From contig LCJG01000015.1 in NCBI GenBank assembly GCA_000998025.1, positions 1-40,889 on the forward strand: a DNA stretch of 40,889 nucleotides, written 5' to 3'. Under the pieces are notes generated by a model. The model ran no database searches. It was not told the DNA's origin and saw nothing but the letters and a program-made list of their open reading frames with translations. A program made the position numbers and the translations under genes. This DNA comes from Candidatus Collierbacteria bacterium GW2011_GWB1_44_6 (GTDB lineage Bacteria > Patescibacteriota > Microgenomatia > UBA1400 > MFAQ01). Shown here piece by piece: positions 17,696-25,175 of the stretch. Within the stretch, counting starts at the first letter, position 1, and every line of letters starts with the position of its first letter.

Positions 17696-17750
17696 TATAA
17701 TCACCCATGGAATGTGGTTTTTAGTTTGAGCGGCTCGGGTCGCTCTTTTT
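17696..17750 (+). promoter_or_regulatory. nusA promoter and leader terminator/attenuator hairpin
   Basis: TATAAT 17696-17701; GAGCGGC-TCGG-GTCGCTC-TTTTT at 17728-17750, about 90 nt upstream of nusA. Confidence 0.6.
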
Positions 17751-17839
17751 AATAAAATCACACCCTAAATTAACTAAACTTATAAATTAAATACAAACTA
17801 TCTGAGATCTTAAACCTGAGATCTGAGACCTAAATCAAC

Positions 17840-19045
17840 ATGGACACCCAAACTTTATCAGCTAGGACCGAATTCGCCGCCGCTATCAACCAGATTTGTT
17901 CCGAGCGTGGAATCGCTCCGGAAACCGTGCTAAACGCGATCAACAGTGCTTTGGTGGCTTCTTTTAAGAAAGACTACCCCGAACAAGCCCTCAAATTTGA
18001 AGAAGAAGAGTTAATTGTTTCAGCAGACGTGGATTCTGACAACGGTCAGTTCAAGCTATTTGTCGGCAAAGAAGACGCCAAGAAAAAAGATCTCAAAGAA
18101 ATTACCCCTCCTGGATTTGGTCGCATCGCCGCCCAAGCCGCCAAACAAGTCATACTACAAACTATCCGTGAAGCCGAGAGAGACTCCGTCCTCGCCGACT
18201 ATCAGGAGCACATCGGTGAGGTTATGACAGGCATGGTTCAGAGAATGGACGGCCGTAATGTCGTCATAGATTTGGGTCGTGGCCAAGCAGTCATGCCCCC
18301 CGACGAACAGGTTCGCACCGAATATTACCGCTTAAATTCACGTCTTAGTGTCTACCTCAAAGAAATTGCTGAGACAGTTAAGGGAAAACAAATTATCGTT
18401 TCCCGCTCGGATGATCGTCTATTGGCCGGCCTTTTTGAGAGAGAAGTGCCCGAGGTCAGCTCCGGAGCCGTCCTTATCAAGGCCATCGCCCGTGAAGCCG
18501 GTTCACGATCAAAGGTGGCCGTGGAATCTACCCAAGCAGGCGTCGACCCGGTCGGTTCTTGTGTCGGCCAAAAAGGTGTTCGTGTCCAAGCAGTCATCAA
18601 CGAATTGAACAACGAAAAAATCGATATCATTCAGTACTCAGAGGAAAAAGACAAGTTTATAAAGTCAGCTTTAGCACCTGCCGAAGGACTTAATATTTCT
18701 TTCGACAAGCGGTCAGGTGAGACCACGGTCACCGTACCTTCCGATCAGCTTTCTCTGGCCATCGGTCGTGGTGGACAAAACGTCAAGCTCGCCGCTAAAC
18801 TCACGGGAACCAAGATTAGAATCATTTCTGATCAAGCTTCTCCAGAATCAGCCATTGTAGCTACTGGAACTGAAGAATATGAAATCGATCAGCTCAGCCT
18901 AGACACCAAAGCCAGGAACATCTTGGTTGAGTCAGGGCTCACACACATTGAAGATCTCACGGAAGACAAACTGGACACAGTCAAAGGCATTGGGCCCAAG
19001 ACTCTCGAGAAAATCAAAGTTCAGCTTGCCTCATACAAAAGCTAA
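17840..19045 (+). CDS. nusA: Transcription factor NusA with C-terminal HhH extension
   Basis: FGRIAAQAAKQ, S1, AREAGSRSKVAV, DPVGSCVGQKG, LAIGRGGQNVKLA. Confidence 0.96.
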   Translation: MDTQTLSARTEFAAAINQICSERGIAPETVLNAINSALVASFKKDYPEQALKFEEEELIVSADVDSDNGQFKLFVGKEDAKKKDLKEITPPGFGRIAAQAAKQVILQTIREAERDSVLADYQEHIGEVMTGMVQRMDGRNVVIDLGRGQAVMPPDEQVRTEYYRLNSRLSVYLKEIAETVKGKQIIVSRSDDRLLAGLFEREVPEVSSGAVLIKAIAREAGSRSKVAVESTQAGVDPVGSCVGQKGVRVQAVINELNNEKIDIIQYSEEKDKFIKSALAPAEGLNISFDKRSGETTVTVPSDQLSLAIGRGGQNVKLAAKLTGTKIRIISDQASPESAIVATGTEEYEIDQLSLDTKARNILVESGLTHIEDLTEDKLDTVKGIGPKTLEKIKVQLASYKS

Positions 19046-19054
19046 TTAAATCCT

Positions 19055-20485
19055 ATGCCAGATAACACTCTGTCCACGAGACCGCCCGTGGTTACTATTC
19101 TTGGACACGTTGATCACGGGAAAACCTCTCTTCTTGATCGTATTCGTCACGCCGAAGTTGCCGCAGGTGAGATAGGTGGTATTACTCAAGCCATTGGCGC
19201 ATATCAGATAGATTACAAAGGGAAGAAGATTACTTTCATTGACACTCCGGGACATGCGGCTTTTTCGGCCATGCGCCGCCGTGGTGGCCAGGCCGCTGAT
19301 GTTGCTGTTCTTATTGTTGCCGCCGATGATTCCGTCATGCCTCAGACCATAGAGTCCATCGAGCATATCAAGTCTGCAGGAATTCCCTTTGTCATAGCCG
19401 TCAACAAGGTGGACCTTCCTGGAGTAAACCCCGATAGGGTAAAAACCGATCTAGCAAATAACGGGGTCTACGTCGAGGGATATGGAGGTAATGTTCCGCT
19501 GGTCAATATTTCAGCCAAAAGCGGCGCCGGCATCGACGATCTTTTGGAAATTATTCTCCTCTTGGCCGAGCTGGAAGAGCTAAGAGACAACTCTCAAGAC
19601 ATTCCTGCCTCTAATTTAGTTATTGAATCTTTACTACATCCCCAAATAGGTCCTCTTGCCACTCTACTCGTCAAGCAAGGCACCTTCAAAAAAAATGATA
19701 GTTTATATTCCGGAAAGAAAAATATCGGCAAGATCCGTTCCATGATCGATTATCGTGGAAAATCGATATTAGAAGCCGGCCCCTCTACCCCTTTTCAAGT
19801 TATCGGTCTCTCCGATGTTCCTAGTGTCGGAGATATCCTCACGAGTTCTCCGGCTTCTCCCTCTTCTCTTGATAGAGGTAGTTCAGGAAAGGTAGTCAGT
19901 GCTACCGATGTCGAAAAACCCAACATTCTCCTTAAGGCAGACGTTCAAGGATCTTTGGAGGCAATTCTGGGAACCATAAAAGATCAGGCCAATATTATTG
20001 CGTCTTCTGTCGGCAATGTCTCTGACACCGATGTTCAAACAGCTTCTTCTGCTAGCGCCGAAATATTGGGTTTCAACGTCCGCTTGTCGAGCAGTGTCGT
20101 CAAGCTAGCAGAAATTGAAAAGGTAAAATTCACCAATTTCCGGATTATTTACCAACTCTTTGATTATTTAAAGGAGTTGCAAGAGAAAAAAACTGTTGCC
20201 ATGGGACCTAAGATAATTGAATCCGGAACCGCTACTGTTCTAAAAGTCTTCAATTTTGGTGGCACCATCGTGTACGGCTGTCTGGTAACTTCCGGAAAAT
20301 TTAAACTCGGAGACAAAATACAAAATTCCAAAATTGCATCCATTCAACTTGGCAAAGCAAATGTAGATGAAGTAAAAAAAGATCAGGAATTTGGTGTTAC
20401 CTTAGTACCGAATATTGAGCTCAAGCCTGGTGATATAATGACCGCAACGAATATCGAAGCCCTGCCTGCCAGTAAACAGATGTAA
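19055..20485 (+). CDS. infB: Translation initiation factor IF-2, minimal form without the N-terminal domain
   Basis: RPPVVTILGHVDHGKTSLLD, GGITQ, DTPGHAAF, NKVD, LKADVQGSLEA. Confidence 0.96.
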   Translation: MPDNTLSTRPPVVTILGHVDHGKTSLLDRIRHAEVAAGEIGGITQAIGAYQIDYKGKKITFIDTPGHAAFSAMRRRGGQAADVAVLIVAADDSVMPQTIESIEHIKSAGIPFVIAVNKVDLPGVNPDRVKTDLANNGVYVEGYGGNVPLVNISAKSGAGIDDLLEIILLLAELEELRDNSQDIPASNLVIESLLHPQIGPLATLLVKQGTFKKNDSLYSGKKNIGKIRSMIDYRGKSILEAGPSTPFQVIGLSDVPSVGDILTSSPASPSSLDRGSSGKVVSATDVEKPNILLKADVQGSLEAILGTIKDQANIIASSVGNVSDTDVQTASSASAEILGFNVRLSSSVVKLAEIEKVKFTNFRIIYQLFDYLKELQEKKTVAMGPKIIESGTATVLKVFNFGGTIVYGCLVTSGKFKLGDKIQNSKIASIQLGKANVDEVKKDQEFGVTLVPNIELKPGDIMTATNIEALPASKQM

Positions 20486-20487
20486 CT

Positions 20488-21372
20488 ATGGAAGCCCAAA
20501 ATCATTTTGCCCCAATCAAAAAACTCCTCGAGTCTGCCAGTTCATTCATCGTAGTTTTGCCTCCAGATCCTTCCGGAGATTTAGTCGCCGCCGGTCTCAG
20601 CCTCCATCTGGCCTTAGTCGCCTCCGGCAAAAAATCCCAAATTGGTTGCGGCAGTGAAATTCACGTTCCACCATCGCTATTGGGGGCCGGTGAGATCGCC
20701 GACAGTATTGGCGCCAAAAACTTAGTCATCTCTTTTGATTATCACGAAGACGACTTAGAGAAAGTAGATTATGATGTCCGTCCTGACGGCAAGTTTTACC
20801 TCATGATCAAACCGAAGCAGGGAGCTCCCATTCCCGATGTCTCCAATGTGAAATACTCTTATTCCGGTGCTTCAGCCGATTTGGTCATTACGCTTGGTGT
20901 TAACTCTTTCGAAGAGCTAGGCAAAATCTACGCCGACGAAAAATCATTTTTAGATGAAGCCAAAGTCCTAAGTTTGAATATTACCCCCCGCCCTGCCACT
21001 TTTACCCAAAATCTTCTTCATCTCACCTCTATTGCCTTTACGGAATTGGTGGCCAGACTTCTGGAGAACACTGATCTTAAACCCTCTCCGGACGCCGCCA
21101 AAAATCTTTTAACTTCACTCTACGAAGAAACAAAAAGCCTCACGAGCCCGAAGATGACCGCTGATACTTTTTCCGCTATCGCTTTTCTCATGCGCCACGG
21201 AGCCAGATTCCCGAACCAACAAGCCTATATCCCCAGATTTCCTCTCCCGACCGAAGAAAATTTATCCGCCGCAATGAACAAACCTTACGTAATTCCTCCG
21301 TCCAATCTTTCTGATCAAGAGGTTCCCAACGACTGGACCAAGCCAAAAATCTTCCGCGCCACCGACCTGTAG
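20488..21372 (+). CDS. Degenerate DHH-family (NrnA-like) protein
   Basis: DPSGDLVAAGLSL and ADLVITLG resemble DHH motifs I/II, but the DHH triad is replaced (LNITP). Position after infB is typical of nrnA. Confidence 0.6.
   Translation: MEAQNHFAPIKKLLESASSFIVVLPPDPSGDLVAAGLSLHLALVASGKKSQIGCGSEIHVPPSLLGAGEIADSIGAKNLVISFDYHEDDLEKVDYDVRPDGKFYLMIKPKQGAPIPDVSNVKYSYSGASADLVITLGVNSFEELGKIYADEKSFLDEAKVLSLNITPRPATFTQNLLHLTSIAFTELVARLLENTDLKPSPDAAKNLLTSLYEETKSLTSPKMTADTFSAIAFLMRHGARFPNQQAYIPRFPLPTEENLSAAMNKPYVIPPSNLSDQEVPNDWTKPKIFRATDL
21343..21372 (+). repeat. Left direct repeat (3' end of DHH-like gene, PKIFRATDL*)
   Basis: CCA AAA ATC TTC CGC GCC ACC GAC CTG TAG; the 20-bp core 21346-21365 is identical to 21801-21820. 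Confidence 0.9.
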
Positions 21373-21376
21373 TTAC

Positions 21377-21403
21377 AAAAAACCACCCCTCAATTTGGGG
21401 TGG
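21377..21403 (-). terminator. Intrinsic terminator of the cassette gene
   Basis: A6 then CCACCCC-7nt-GGGGTGG, about 10 nt downstream of the minus-strand stop. Confidence 0.8.
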
Positions 21404-21412
21404 CAGTTAGAC

Positions 21413-21739
21413 TTACACAATTTCCGTTATAGCCGGAATTCCGAGCCCTTGTGAGAGGTAATCGTGGAGCTGAGTGACCTTTACCGGCTTAGCCCAACCA
21501 GTAAATTCACACGGAAACTCCCAGACATCCTGCGGCCAGGCCACATCACAGGAGAAAACATTCAGTACAAACAAACTACCTTTTCCGGCCCAGATTCTCA
21601 CGGCCGAAATGCCATCCCCCCGAAGTCCAAAGACGGCACCTTCATGTAATGCCTCGCTTGATACTTCCAACACTCTCCCCGAGCCATCTATCCACACTCT
21701 TACTCTACCCTTATCTTCATGTATGGTAACCTCGAACAT
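21413..21739 (-). CDS. Hypothetical 108-aa beta-rich protein (cassette cargo)
   Basis: GGAGG 5 nt before ATG, TGaTATACT at 21787-21779, downstream terminator. Confidence 0.75.
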   Translation of the reverse strand: MFEVTIHEDKGRVRVWIDGSGRVLEVSSEALHEGAVFGLRGDGISAVRIWAGKGSLFVLNVFSCDVAWPQDVWEFPCEFTGWAKPVKVTQLHDYLSQGLGIPAITEIV

Positions 21740-21797
21740 AACTACCTCCAGCTTATTAGTGAACTGAGAATACCCCAGAGTATATCACACTACATAA

Positions 21798-21827
21798 CCC
21801 AAAATCTTCCGCGCCACCGATTTATAG
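21798..21827 (+). repeat. Right direct repeat (second copy of PKIFRATDL*)
   Basis: CCC AAA ATC TTC CGC GCC ACC GAT TTA TAG; 26/30 identical to the left copy, all differences synonymous. Confidence 0.9.
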
Positions 21828-21857
21828 AACGACTAGCCGAAGGTCGGAACATGCCTG

Positions 21858-21886
21858 TTGGCAAAAACAGATCTTTCTGCTACAAT
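21858..21886 (+). promoter_or_regulatory. rpsO promoter
   Basis: TTGGCA, 17 bp, TGcTACAAT; 10 nt before ATG 21897. Confidence 0.7.
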
Positions 21887-21896
21887 ACCCCTTGAT

Positions 21897-22184
21897 ATGG
21901 CCCTAAAATCAGACACCAAAATAGACATCATTAAGAAATTTGCCGCAAGTCCCAAGGACACCGGCTCGCCACGAGTGCAGATCGCTCTCCTCACCACTCA
22001 GATCGAGGAGCTCACCGGCCACCTCAAGGTCCACAAAAAAGACAATCACTCTCGCCGTGGCCTTCTCAAGATCATCTCCAAGCGCCGCCGTCTTCTCAAC
22101 TACCTTTCCAAATCCAACCCAAAAGACTATTTAGACATTACCAAGTCACTTAAAATTACTAGCCAGTTGCGCTCAGCCGAATAA
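21897..22184 (+). CDS. rpsO: 30S ribosomal protein S15
   Basis: [33 protein letters not shown]. Start reassigned to ATG 21897 because the longer ORF would begin inside the promoter. Confidence 0.96.
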   Translation: MALKSDTKIDIIKKFAASPKDTGSPRVQIALLTTQIEELTGHLKVHKKDNHSRRGLLKIISKRRRLLNYLSKSNPKDYLDITKSLKITSQLRSAE

Positions 22185-22195
22185 GTTGGGTTTAG

Positions 22196-22254
22196 CTTGA
22201 GGAGTAAATAGAGAAAATCTGTTTTTCTTTGGTTCTTTCTGTTTTCTTCTCAAG
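22196..22254 (+). promoter_or_regulatory. Long imperfect hairpin between rpsO and pnp
   Basis: CTTGAGGAG-TAAATAGAGAA pairs with TTCTTTCTGTTT-TCTTCTCAAG. Confidence 0.55.
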
Positions 22255-22292
22255 ACCTGTGGTCGAGCGCGCAATATGAAAGGAAACCGGAT

Positions 22293-24506
22293 ATGACCTA
22301 TCCATCCACCACCATAGTTCTGAGTGGTAAAACAATTACTATCGAGACCGGCCGCTTTGGTGCCCAGGCTTCAGGTTCTGTCACTGTCCGTTGTGGTGAC
22401 ACCATGGTTAACGCCTCAGTCGTGGCCTCCAAAAAAATCAAAGAGGGGATCGACTATTTTCCACTCTCGCTTGATTACCAAGAAAAACTTTACGCCGGAG
22501 GACTAATTAGTTCTAGTCGCTTCATCAAGCGTGAAGGCAGACCAAATGAAAACGAAATTCTAACCGGCCGTGTCATCGACCGTTCCCTGCGCCCGCTTTT
22601 TGATCAAAGAAGCCGCAACGAAGTTCAAATCATGGTTTATCCTCTGTCCATCGATGGTTCAGAAGAACCAGAAATTTTGGCAGTTATCGCCGCTTCGGCT
22701 GCTGTTTCCATTTCTGATTATCCCTGGCTGGGTCCTGTTGGAGCTGTTAGAGTTGGTATGACTCCTGATGGTGAATATCTCGTCAATCCTACGGCCGAAC
22801 AAAAACTTCTTTCTCCTTTGGACCTCGTTGTTTCCGGTCCTAAAGGTGGAATCAGTATGGTTGAAGCCGGAGCCATTGAAGTATCCGAAGAAAAAATGAT
22901 CGGAGCTTTAAAATTCGCTCAAGAAAACACTGATATTATTTGTGAAGCGATCGACAAGTTTGCCAAAGAAAATGGAAAGAAAAAGAGAACTTTAGAATTC
23001 TCGGAAATCAGTCCCGAAGTGGTTAAGCTAGTAAAAGATGAAATCAAAAACATTGACGAAATTCTCGAAAATGAGGCCAAAAAAACTGGCACACAGATGT
23101 CTGAATACACCGCCGCTATCGCCTTGGCTCATCCAGAGATAAATCCTAATCAAATCAATGAAGTGGCCGATGGTATGCTGAGAGAGCTCGCTCGTGCCGG
23201 AATAGTTGATAAAAATATTCGGCCAGATGGTCGCAACATGGAAGAGATTAGGAAAATTAACATTGAGGTAGGCCTACTTCCTCGTACTCATGGTTCCGCT
23301 TTTTTCCAAAGAGGTCTTACACACGTTTTGTCTGTCGTGACTCTCGCGTCTCCCTCCAGAGAACAGTTGATCGATGGGATGAAGGGTGAGTCCACCAAGC
23401 GTTATATGCATCACTACAACATGCCCGGATATGCTTCCGGTGAGGTTAGTCGTCCCGGCACAGGACGCCGAGAAATTGGTCACGGTGCGCTTGCCGAAAG
23501 AGCTATTTTCCCGATGCTGCCATCAACTGATGTTTTTCCTTACACCATTCGTGTCGTTTCCGAAGTTATGTCCAGCAATGGTTCGACTTCTCAGGCTTCA
23601 GTCTGTGGATCTACTCTTTCTTTGATGGACGCCGGTGTTCCTCTCAAGAAGCCGGTCGCCGGAGTGGCTATGGGACTTATCACCGAAGGTGACAAATTCA
23701 TTACCCTCACCGACATCAGTGGTCTTGAGGATCATCTTGGAGATATGGATTTTAAAGTTGCTGGAACAGTTGATGGAATTACCGCTCTTCAAATGGATAT
23801 TAAAGTTACCGGGGTCAATGCAGACATCTTGGTCAAAGCCTTGGAGCAAGCTAGGCGAGGCCGTATGAAGCTTCTTGATATCATGAATGAGACTCTTGCA
23901 GCGCCCCGTCCCAAACTTTCTCAATATGCTCCAAGGATTTCTTCCACCAAAGTTCCACAGTTAAAGATTGGTGAAATTATTGGACCTGGTGGGAAGATGA
24001 TTCGTCAACTACAGGAAGATTTTACTTGTGAAATTGATATTCAAGAAGATGGCACTGTTACAGTTACCGGCAAGGACCAAGCTAAAGTTGACGGAGCTAT
24101 CGCTTACATCGACTCAATGGTCGCCGAAGCGGAAGTTGGCAAAGTTTACGAAGGTACGGTTGTCCGTATTGAGGCTTTTGGCGCTTTCGTCAACATTATT
24201 CCCGGCAAAGATGGTTTGGTGCACGTTAGCCAAGTCCACCCCGAGACCTTCAAGGCCATGAAAAATGGTGACAAAGTCACCGTCCGTTGCTACGAAATCG
24301 ATTCTATGGGTAGAGTAAATCTCACCATGCTTGACGAAGGCGAATCTCCCATCCGGGCAGAGCGTCCCGCCGGTACCGGCTTTGGTGGTGGCGACAGAGG
24401 TGGACGCAGCTTCGGTGGTGGAGGAGATCGCGGCGGAAGACCTGGTGGTCGCTCGGGAGGACCGGGCGGACGCCCCTCCTTCTCCAAGTTCCGCGACACT
24501 CGCTAA
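22293..24506 (+). CDS. pnp: Polyribonucleotide nucleotidyltransferase
   Basis: FIKREGRP, RTHGSAFFQRG, RREIGHG, SNGSTSQASVC, GDMDFKVAG, KH and S1 domains, RGG-rich tail. Confidence 0.97.
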   Translation: MTYPSTTIVLSGKTITIETGRFGAQASGSVTVRCGDTMVNASVVASKKIKEGIDYFPLSLDYQEKLYAGGLISSSRFIKREGRPNENEILTGRVIDRSLRPLFDQRSRNEVQIMVYPLSIDGSEEPEILAVIAASAAVSISDYPWLGPVGAVRVGMTPDGEYLVNPTAEQKLLSPLDLVVSGPKGGISMVEAGAIEVSEEKMIGALKFAQENTDIICEAIDKFAKENGKKKRTLEFSEISPEVVKLVKDEIKNIDEILENEAKKTGTQMSEYTAAIALAHPEINPNQINEVADGMLRELARAGIVDKNIRPDGRNMEEIRKINIEVGLLPRTHGSAFFQRGLTHVLSVVTLASPSREQLIDGMKGESTKRYMHHYNMPGYASGEVSRPGTGRREIGHGALAERAIFPMLPSTDVFPYTIRVVSEVMSSNGSTSQASVCGSTLSLMDAGVPLKKPVAGVAMGLITEGDKFITLTDISGLEDHLGDMDFKVAGTVDGITALQMDIKVTGVNADILVKALEQARRGRMKLLDIMNETLAAPRPKLSQYAPRISSTKVPQLKIGEIIGPGGKMIRQLQEDFTCEIDIQEDGTVTVTGKDQAKVDGAIAYIDSMVAEAEVGKVYEGTVVRIEAFGAFVNIIPGKDGLVHVSQVHPETFKAMKNGDKVTVRCYEIDSMGRVNLTMLDEGESPIRAERPAGTGFGGGDRGGRSFGGGGDRGGRPGGRSGGPGGRPSFSKFRDTR

Positions 24507-24523
24507 CTCTTGTCGTCATTCCG

Positions 24524-25129
24524 TTATTTATACACGCCTAACTCCGTGAGTCTATTTTTTAGATCTGCGGCGTCCCTAAAGAGTATTGGAGTAAATCCAA
24601 TTTCTGGAGCTTTTTCTAAGCTTTTTTCTGCGTCATCTATAAAGATAAATTCTTCTGCTTTTATTCCCAGCTTATTGATTATCATCTCAAACATTTCCTT
24701 TTGAGGTTTCATCATTCTCACTTCTGACGAAATCAATATTTCATCAAAATATTGAGCCACCTCGCTATCCTTTATCTTTTGTCCTCCTTCGATCGTTGCG
24801 TTACTGACTATACCGAGTTTATAGCCGTTATTTTTCAATTTTTTTATAATTTCGATGACATCTTTGTTGATTGTTCCTCCGGGAAAACTATTAATATAAT
24901 CTAAAAGTACTGGTAGTTTACTTTGTGCCTTCAGATCTTCCAACACCGCTTTCCAAAATACTTCATTAGAGGCTCCTTCCTTATTTCTTAAATAGTTATT
25001 GTCAAAATATGATCGTCTAAAAGCGGCAATATCTATTCCGACTGCTTCCGCCGCCCCTTGAGAAAAAACTGACCCTGGTAAACCAAAAATAACTCCATTC
25101 CAATCAAATCCAATCGCTTTATATTTCAT
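24524..25129 (-). CDS. HAD-superfamily hydrolase (YihX-like)
   Basis: FDWNGV, LGIVSN, KP, FIDD motifs I-IV. Confidence 0.88.
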   Translation of the reverse strand: MKYKAIGFDWNGVIFGLPGSVFSQGAAEAVGIDIAAFRRSYFDNNYLRNKEGASNEVFWKAVLEDLKAQSKLPVLLDYINSFPGGTINKDVIEIIKKLKNNGYKLGIVSNATIEGGQKIKDSEVAQYFDEILISSEVRMMKPQKEMFEMIINKLGIKAEEFIFIDDAEKSLEKAPEIGFTPILFRDAADLKNRLTELGVYK

Positions 25130-25175
25130 GATTATATTTTCTCATACAGCTGTCCAGCATATATAATGACTCTAG

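Larger units (their letters stand above)
21346..21820. mobile_element. Putative minimal integrated cassette: one gene with promoter, SD and terminator between att-like direct repeats
   Basis: Direct repeats 455 bp apart enclose exactly one self-contained antisense transcription unit; no recombinase inside. Confidence 0.65.

Noticed and set aside
15600-17700. att-like duplication of the dnaJ 3' end around the PLD/NDT islet, and of pnp or Lon-like ends around their neighbours
   Set aside because: Searched by eye; no second copy of these 3' ends was found.
19046-19366. Antisense ORFs opposite infB, dnaK, pnp, rnj, ftsK and alaS
   Set aside because: Typical antisense open frames of conserved genes; no motifs or expression signals.
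19855-19895. CCTCT-N9-AGAGG in the IF-2 linker (SPSSLDRGSSG) as a decayed copy of the DUF559-associated palindrome
   Set aside because: Only a 5-bp stem; cannot be distinguished from chance without ortholog alignment.
21829-21847. Small hairpin upstream of rpsO as an S15 autoregulatory leader
   Set aside because: It lies upstream of the predicted rpsO promoter, so it would not be in that transcript.
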